From the human T2T-CHM13v2.0 reference genome, Homo sapiens, in the NCBI RefSeq assembly GCF_009914755.1, contig NC_060926.1: a stretch of DNA of 64,000 bases; one strand, 5' to 3'. Position 1 is the first letter of the stretch. The number at the start of each line of letters is the position of its first letter. The notes beneath the pieces were generated by a model, which was not told the origin of the DNA, did no database searches, and saw nothing but the letters and a program-made list of their open reading frames with translations. This document shows positions 56,041 through 64,000 of the stretch, in pieces. A program made the translations under genes and the position numbers.

Positions 56041-59000
56041 AGGCGGGAGGCTGCGCCGTGGGCGCCCCGCCAGCACCCCCCCGCCCCAACCCGCGCGCTC
56101 ACAAAGCCGGAGGCGTGGTGAGAGGCCGGGCCCGCGGCCGGAGCTGGAGAGCGCAGCCCGGCCTCCCGCCCCGCCCCGGCCGCCCGCCGCCCGCCGCCCG
56201 CAGCCCGCCCGGGACCCACTTGTAGCCGCCGCAGGATCAAACTCAGTTCACCTCTCGCCTCCTCTTCTTTCTCGCCGGCGTCTCGCTGAGCCCAGCGCCT
56301 ACAGACGGACGAGATGAGACACACGCGCGCGCACCTACGCGCACACACACACAACACACACGCGCACACACACAACACACACACCTCCGCACACACGGTG
56401 CGCACTCGCTTAGTGCCTGCTTGGCTTCTAGGCTCCTTCCCTTCCTCTTTTCCTCCTTCCCAGGTCAGCGGTCCCCTCCTCCAGCTCCGAGCAGTCCCTC
56501 CTGGGCCGAAGCCCCGGCAGCGGAGGTCCTGGCCGGACTGCCCCCTCGACTGGCAGGCGCCCAAAGCCCTCGAAACTGTGCCTTAGGGTCCCGAGCTTCC
56601 AACCCCCGGGATCCCGCTGGCTCTTATCTCCAGGGACCCCTGAGTTACCAGTCCCAATCCCCCTAAGCCAGATCCCCCATTCCCGATCCCTATATCCTCA
56701 CACCTCCGATGCTAAGGTCCGCCCCCGCCATATGTCTCTTACCCTACGGAACCTGGAGGTTCTCCTGTCCCCGTCAGCGTCCCAGGCTGCTGACTCTGCA
56801 GCCCCTCCTTTCCTGCACATTGGGACCCCCCTCCCCTGCTTTTGTAGTCCCCCTCCACCGCCCGCAGCGTCGGGGAACCCCGATACTGGTCCGGCAAGTG
56901 TCCTGCGCGGGGACAAACGCGGCGGCCCCGGTACCCAGAGGCGGGAGAAGACGGGCACAAACGTTCATTGATACAAATGAGTAAATAAACATGCTGGGTG
57001 AGCACGGCCACCTTCTCAGCGCTGGCAGCAGAGGGCCCGGCGCGCGTGCCTGTGTACGGTGTGCGTGTGGCCCGGGGCCGCACCTGTGTGTTCGCGCGCG
57101 TGGCCTTGCGTCGGCCCGACGTCTGAGGAGCGACGTGGTATGTCTGTGGGTTTGTGTATTCTTTGTAGAGCCATGAGTGTGTCTGCGCATCCGTGCATCT
57201 GTCATCTGGCCTCTCCTCCTGCGAGCCTGTGTTAACATGGAGCTGCGTACAGCAACCCCGACATTGGTCTAGCTAATGTCTGCCCCTCTCTCTCCCGTGC
57301 ATCCTGCTTCCCTCAGCCCCCCTTGGCTCTGGCGTTCACTCTCACACTCCCGGAGCCAGAGTCGATATCCCATCTTTAGTTTAGAGTAGTGTGTGTGTCA
57401 ACGATACTAGACTCCGCTTTTAACACCTTGCCTGCACCCAGTACGAGTTCTGCTTTAGAGTTCACGAGACGAGAATGTGTGTGAGCGTCTAAGGTGCGCA
57501 CAGATGTGTTGTCCCTCCCTGTGTGAGCGCTTCCGAGGCTGGTGTGGCAGGAGATCTAAACGCTGGTCTAGCTCCTAGCGCTGGGTCACCTCGGCTTCAC
57601 TCTCTGCCCTGGAACCCCACCTGGTGGGCAGTTATAGTACTACAGATTCGGGGAAACAATTCCCTCTGCTCCCTTTCCGCACTCGCCCTTCATAGTGGGA
57701 GATCAGCTCCAAAGGGCCGGGTTGTAGGCTCCCAAAGCACCCCGCTCCTGTGTCAGTGACCTCAGACGTCCACCCCAGGATGCTTGGGGCCGGACACTTA
57801 CGAAGGCCCTGTCAGGATCACTGTGGTCCTGAAACAGGGGGCTAGGAAGCACCCTCGAAGCAGGGTGGTTTCACAAAACAGTCACATCTGAACAGGGCAC
57901 GTCAAAGTGCCAGAGCCACCCCACACCCTATCTGAGGATGAGGCTAACATAAAATGGGGTTGGGGGAGATTGTTAAGGTCTTGCTGGCTTGAAGAGCTCT
58001 AAGAATCTAGCCTGACCCCCAGACACAGCACTGGCCACAAGGTGGTGAAATGGGCAAGGTAACCCAGGAAAACTCACCTGTGGAAATCTCCATCTCCTAA
58101 AGGACAGACATGCACACAGCTTTATAGAGATGCAGATAGATGTACAGGCTGATACTGAGCACACACACACACACAAAGGATCATTGTCACAGTCACAAAA
58201 CACCCACCTTCCAGCCACCAACCCAAGAGACCACAGGAGGTGTCTGCCGTGTGGGGATCACAGCCCCAGAAGTCCCCCAACACGCCAATTGCCTTCCTCC
58301 CATCCCCTCACTCCTGGGTGGGGGTGGCTTTGTGCCCTTTTGTCCTCCACTGCTCAGCCTCTTTTCCTGTTCAGGTATAGAGGAGGAGTTGGGAGGGTTG
58401 TGGAGGAGAAATTCTGAGTCCTTACACCCTGTGCCAAGTGGGATCCTGGGGAAAGTCTGCAGGGATGTCACAGCCCCACAGCAATAGTTGCTGGATTTCC
58501 TAATTAGAACCGCCTCTCTGCTCAAATCTCAAAAAGTACTTCGGAAAGATGAAAAGGAGAGCATGGTACTCCACTCTAAGACTTCCTGGAGGTGCTGTGG
58601 AGAGTGGGGGTGCTGAGGCCATGGACAGGCTTGTGAAGAGGGTGGCTAGGACAGAGAAAGCTCGGCAACTGTCTTTGCCAGTCAGATTCCATCAGAGGAC
58701 TTTCTTTCATTAACCTCAGATAGACTTCTGACTCTGATCCCAGACAGAGCCCTGCTCCAAACCTCAGTCTAGCCTGTAACCCTGACCTAAAACAGACCTC
58801 TGAGTCTAATCCCAGAATGATCCTTAATCCTGGTCAAAGATTGACCCTGTCTCAAAGTCCAGACTGAATCCCAGTACTACCAAGTATCACTTTGGCTACA
58901 AAAGTATGACTGGCCCCTTGTAGACTGCCCCAAAGCTGCGGCACAGCTCAACCCCTGAGGCACTTGGGAGCACAAGTGTGTTCTAGGAGGGAATATTTGC

Positions 59001-59093
59001 CTCATTCTAGCCTTGGGATGATAAGCCTGTTGCCTAGTGGTCATCCCTCTCCCTCCGGGCTGGTTGTAGGAACTCCCAGACTGCCACGCCCCA

Positions 59094-59094
<1 letters not shown>

Positions 59095-59138
<44 letters not shown>
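59095..59138 (+). repeat. (CA)n microsatellite
   Basis: Read directly. Confidence 0.95.
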
Positions 59139-59141
<3 letters not shown>

Positions 59142-59726
59142 ACAACTCTTTCCCATAGGCCCAGAGCATACCCCCAGGCTTCAGCTATTGCCTGCAGTGC
59201 TGCAGTTCAGGGCCTGCGTCACACGACCCTGTAGCCTTTCTGGCACTTTGAAATCAGTCAGAGCAGCCTGGGACATGAGTAAGGAGATGCTGGTTCAAGT
59301 GGAGCTCTGCCTGGTGACATTTGCAGTCTTTGGCAGAAAGGGCCTGGGAAATACAGAAGGTAGGCCTCAGGCACTCGGAATATGCAGGCAATGGGCAAGC
59401 ACAGCCTCTGCACCCACTTCCCTAGCTCAGAAAACACTGCATACAGGGGCAGGTCTGCCTAAAGTCCTGCTGCTCACAAAGACACAAAGCTACACAGCGG
59501 TACTGTCTGCCCTGGACTTGCTACACCCAGGAGAATGAAGGCATTACCCCTTACAAGTCCCTTACATGCGTGCAGTCCTGTGTAGCCAGTAATTCTCTTC
59601 CACAGCTATTATATTTCAGTGAGATAAAATAGTGAGATAATACTATTTTTAGATATTAGATTTACTTGTTACATTTTGCATTGATGAGAAAACAGAGGGC
59701 CAGAGTCCCTCAATGCCCACTCCCGC

Positions 59727-59775
<49 letters not shown>
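59727..59775 (+). repeat. (CA)n microsatellite
   Basis: Read directly. Confidence 0.95.
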
Positions 59776-59777
<2 letters not shown>

Positions 59778-61832
59778 TATTGTCCTGTTTCCCCTCCCAC
59801 CACACAAGCACACATCTCCAGGAGCCATGAGATCCTGTCCATTCGGCAGCTTTCTCTTTGTTTAATGTCCATGCTTCTGACAACTAAAGCCGACAACAGA
59901 AGGAGCTGTCAATTTTACACTCAATTTTGTATAGTTTTGGCCTTGAATTTTTTCAATTGATGCTAATTTGCTTTTTTTCCCCTAAAATTATTTCTAATCC
60001 TTCCACCCGGAGCCAAACAGAAAGGGGGAAAATGTCCAGGATCAAGACGACCACTTGGCCCTACTGGCCAGGGAGTCCAGAGAGCAAAGAGACCAGGAGG
60101 CAGTGAGCAGGAGGCAGAGCCGTGTGTTCAGGGACCAGAAGAGTTTGCGAAAGCCCTCCCAGCCTCTGGCCTGCACCTTGGGCTGTCTAGCCTGAGGGAC
60201 AAAGCCCAGGATTTCGCCTCAGGGAGCTCTTTGCTCTTAGTCCTGTCCTGCCTTGCTGGCATGAAGGAGTCCTTGGAAAACTCAGCTCTCGGCTCCTTCT
60301 CATTCTTCCCAGGGCCTCGGGCTGGCTCCCTTCTGTTCTAAGTCTTCTTGGTACACTGCCTGACAGTGGCGGGGCCCTTTGCCTGCAAGATACCAAGTCC
60401 CATGGGGAAACGACATTTCTGAGGAGCTATGGAGGAGAGGGACCTGGGGCGGCAGGTCCTGCCCAGACCCTTCTCCAGAGCCAGAGCAGAAACTGTGACT
60501 CCGGTGGGTCAGGGATGCCGCTTTCCCCTGGAACCCAGCTTGTGGCCCCAGATATTCATCCCGAGGCCCAGGTGCCTACCCTTCCCCCACTTCGTGCCCT
60601 CCCTCCAGAGCCGGCGCCACAAGATCGGCAGCCCCCATCCAGTGCCCAGTCCTCAAGGGCAGCTTAGAGGGCGCTCCCTGCCTGTGCCCTGGCTGTTCTG
60701 ACAGGGGCTGGGATCCCTGCTGTCCAGGCTGGGTGGGGATAGGGGTGTATGGTGGCACTCAACCCAGCTCAGCTTGGAAATCACCGCGGTACCAGGAATT
60801 CTGCCTTTAGGGGCTAAACTCTTCTCCTCCCCCCACCCCTTGCAGCTTCAGGGGCTCTGAGGCTGTGTAGAGAATTCACTGACCCCCGAAAACCACCGCC
60901 TGCCAGAAACCCACCCAGCCCACCCGCGCCTTGGAGAGGCCATCCTGCTGTTTCAGTGTTGCTGAAACAGAGCTGGGTTCTGGGCTCTGTGTGTTTATTT
61001 CCTAAAGGCTGGCTTCTTCTCCTTCTTTGTTCCTTAGTGCCACTTGCTCCCACCCCACCCCCAGGTATCTTCGGATTTTGATTTCGTTTTGTTTTAGATA
61101 ACAACCACTATCCAGGCATCTCTACCTGGCAGAGCCAGATGCAGGCACAGCCTGGCCCCTCACTCCCAGCCCCTCAGAGAGGAACAGTGAGGAGGGAGCC
61201 CCTCACCCACTCCTCTGCAGCCTTCTACGAAGGCGGTGGCCTTTGGGAAAGAACTTTGCTTCTTTCCCCTTTGCCTGAATATGAAACAAGCCTCACGTCA
61301 TACCTCATCTCAGAAATCTCAGCTTCAGAGACTTGCCTCAAAAGGAATTTTCAAAAAGAAGTGGAAATACCCCCATCATCCCCTGTCAAAGCCCCAAACT
61401 CAGTCCTTTTCCTCCCACCCCACACCCAACCCCAGTGAAAGCAATCCAAAAAAGGACTTGCCAATGGAGAGGACGGGTAGGTGCGAAGAACGCAGCTGAC
61501 AGCTGTGTCCAAATCAGCACGGCCTGGAAAAGAGTAGCCTGCTCGGTGGCAATGGGACACCGGCAGTGCCCCAAGCTGGCTGTGGCTGGCAGCGACACTG
61601 CTGCAGTGATGGCGTTCCCTCAGGCCCGGGGAGCCAAGAGCCCTTTATAGCCTGAAACCTGCCCTGGCACCGCCTACTGGGCGGTTGCAACGAGGGCCTG
61701 CAACTAGGGGAGTCTCTAGGAGCTGGGAGGGCATTCGTCCCAGGACCCCAGGGCCAGGGCCCCACACACAAGAATCTGGGATTCAACCTCCTCCCACCAA
61801 GGCAACTGTATGTCCTGGTATGTGTACGAGAC

Positions 61833-61876
61833 TGTGTGTGTGTGTGTGTGTGTGAGTGTGTGTGTGTGTGTGAGTG
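61833..61876 (+). repeat. (TG)n microsatellite
   Basis: Read directly. Confidence 0.9.
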
Positions 61877-63487
61877 GGCATGTGCTCGTGCTTAAACGTC
61901 CATTCAAAGACCTCAGATCTCATTCCCTCATCCTCTTTCTCTGGCAGTAACAGTTTTTGAAAGGATGGGGAGAGCAGTGTGTTTCTGCTCAGTTTATCAA
62001 ATTACACTCAGTGACAAAGGACTGAAGTGCATTTTCTTGAAGGCTTGACAATTGGGATCCAGGAAGAAAAAAGAGGCATGACAGAGAACCCAGAGCTTTT
62101 GTCGAAGGTAAAACACGGATATGAAAAGAGGGGGGTGTGGTTGGGTGGCTTTCAGTGAATTTGTCTTCATGTTGCTTGGTGTTAAAAACTGCTTCCCCCC
62201 ACCCTCCACCCAAGCTACAAACATCTCACAGATCCCAGAAATTGCAAGATTGTTGATTTTTAAAAGGAACACTGTTCATTTTGGCACAGGCTGAATCAGA
62301 CAAGCTGGGGCACAGCCTCCTCCCGCAGGGCCCCCAGGTTCTCTTTCCAGCCTCCCATGCCAGGGAAGCCTCCTCTGAGAGGTCACTTACCAAGATCCAG
62401 TGCCCTCCATACTGCTCACTTCAGTCTGTCCAGCCAGCTTCTCCTTAGGGGTACAGTTGGGACAGGAATGGGGTGGGCTTCTCCCTGCCATTCAAAGTTC
62501 TGTCCTGCACTTGAACTCCGAGGGTTGCTAGATGGAGAAGAATGGACTCTGGGGGCAGGTTTGGCCTGGAAGCAGAGCACACAGGGGCCCTGGACTGTTT
62601 ATCTCAGAGGTTCGCATTCTTTGGGAGCAGAAGGGAAGCCAACAACCTAAGTGACCAGCCTCAGGTGCAGAAGGCTAAGAGGAAAAATATCCCCTTATCT
62701 AGAGCTTGGAGACGATACCTGAAGCAAGTCCACCCTGCCTGCTGTTCCCAGCTGGCTTTTGTTCATAAGCCCACCACAGGCAGACCAGCCAACTAACCAG
62801 GAGCCTCGCCCAGAGACCTCAGAGAGCAGAGTCAACCTGAGAATCTAGTTGGCAGAGCTCTCCATTCCCAAGTCCAAAATGCTACCAAATCACTTCCTCT
62901 CGCCTGAGGCTGAGACTCCTGCCCACCGCCTCTCAGGAGATGGAGAGGCAGAGCAGAGAGGCTGGGTGGTGGCCTGCCTGAATATCTACCTTTCTTCTCA
63001 TGCCTACAGCCCAGCTCCAAGCTCACAGGGGCCCTGCTGCTGGAGCTTTAGCTAGTTTCTTCTCCAGACACTGGTGTGGCGGCTGGAGCATAAGAGAACA
63101 ATTTCCGGCGAGACTCCCACTCCCCATCTCCACTGTTCTGACAGCCAAGGTTATTCTGGCACATGCCTGTGAAGATTTCACCTGGTCCCCCACTGCCTGG
63201 GCCTGACCACTCTGCCCAAGAAGTTCTTGGAAGAACTGTTGCCTTTCTAGTACATTGTGTCCATCAGCATCCCCACCAAAGCTCTATGCTTTCTGTCAAA
63301 CCCAGCTTCAATACAAGCTCCTTGGTGCCACACCCCCAGCAACCAGATGGCAGCTCTGATATCCTTTCTGTATGGAAAATCCGGAGCACCTCTGAGTCTC
63401 TCTTCTAATTTTCCCTCCATTGGTTTCATTCTTTCCTCACTATCCTGCTATTCCAAATGTATTAATTCTTCATGCTTCCAAACAGGC

Positions 63488-63990
63488 AGAGTGGCTTAGT
63501 AGCTAAGAACAAGGGTTCTGGAGTCAGTTAGAAGTAGGCTTAAAATCTGCTCTGCCACTTACTGGCTTGAGCAATATACTTTACCTATCTAGGCCTCAGG
63601 TGCTTCTCCAGTGTGGAGAATGGGTTAGAACAGAGTGGGAGTTGAGGCAGGGAGACCAGTTAGGAGACTATGGTGATAACTCAGGTAATAACAGTAAAAG
63701 TGATAATAATAACAAAGTAATAAAAACTAACACTTATTTAGCACCTTCCTACCTGCCAGGCAGTTTAAAAAGCACTTCACTTATTTCAGCTGGCCCTCAC
63801 AGCAACCCCAGGAGGTGGACAGGTAGATACTATTATCCTTGCTTTACAGAGGAAGACTCTGAGATACTAAGTGGTTCAGTAGCTTGCCCAAGTTCATCCA
63901 TCTGTACTTTTGAGGTTAAATTTAATCTCCTCTAAAATTCAAATCCAGGGAATGTGGATTAGAATCTGAGCTGTTAGCTGGCATACTAAA
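63488..63990. mobile_element. Cluster of MIR (both orientations) and L2 fragments
   Basis: ggttctggagtcag...ctctgccacttact (MIR, plus strand); gaggcagggagaccagttaggag (L2); ttatcc..tttacagaggaagactctgag...cttgcccaag (MIR, minus strand). Confidence 0.65.
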
Positions 63991-64000
63991 GACTAAATGA

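Overview
Primate genomic DNA, almost certainly human, covering the CYP26B1 locus (chr2p13 by recollection). The only protein-coding gene I can support is CYP26B1, the retinoic-acid-degrading cytochrome P450, on the minus strand. Its six coding exons (54923-54720, 51302-51078, 42508-42233, 42005-41850, 40396-40112, 39708-39316) sum to 1539 nt (512 aa + stop), all with GT-AG introns in phase 0. It has a ~3 kb 3'UTR ending near an AATAAA at 36346-36341 and a large CpG island (~50.2-57.2 kb). The left ~33 kb is a mosaic of Alu, L1, L2, MIR, MaLR LTR, MER11, MER20, MER5, MER8, Tigger3 and MER85 elements; the right ~30 kb is nearly transposon-free. I found no evidence of a new multi-gene system. The best leads are structural or regulatory: a diverged ~280 bp direct repeat bracketing an old L1 block, an in-frame intron-1 ATG with a TATA-like element, a MER11 solo LTR next to a phased double NRF2/MAF element and a triple DR4, a piggyBac MER85, and a CPE/Pumilio/miR-302-17 cluster in the distal 3'UTR. 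Repeat subfamily names were assigned by eye from remembered consensus sequences. All motif calls are untested hypotheses.
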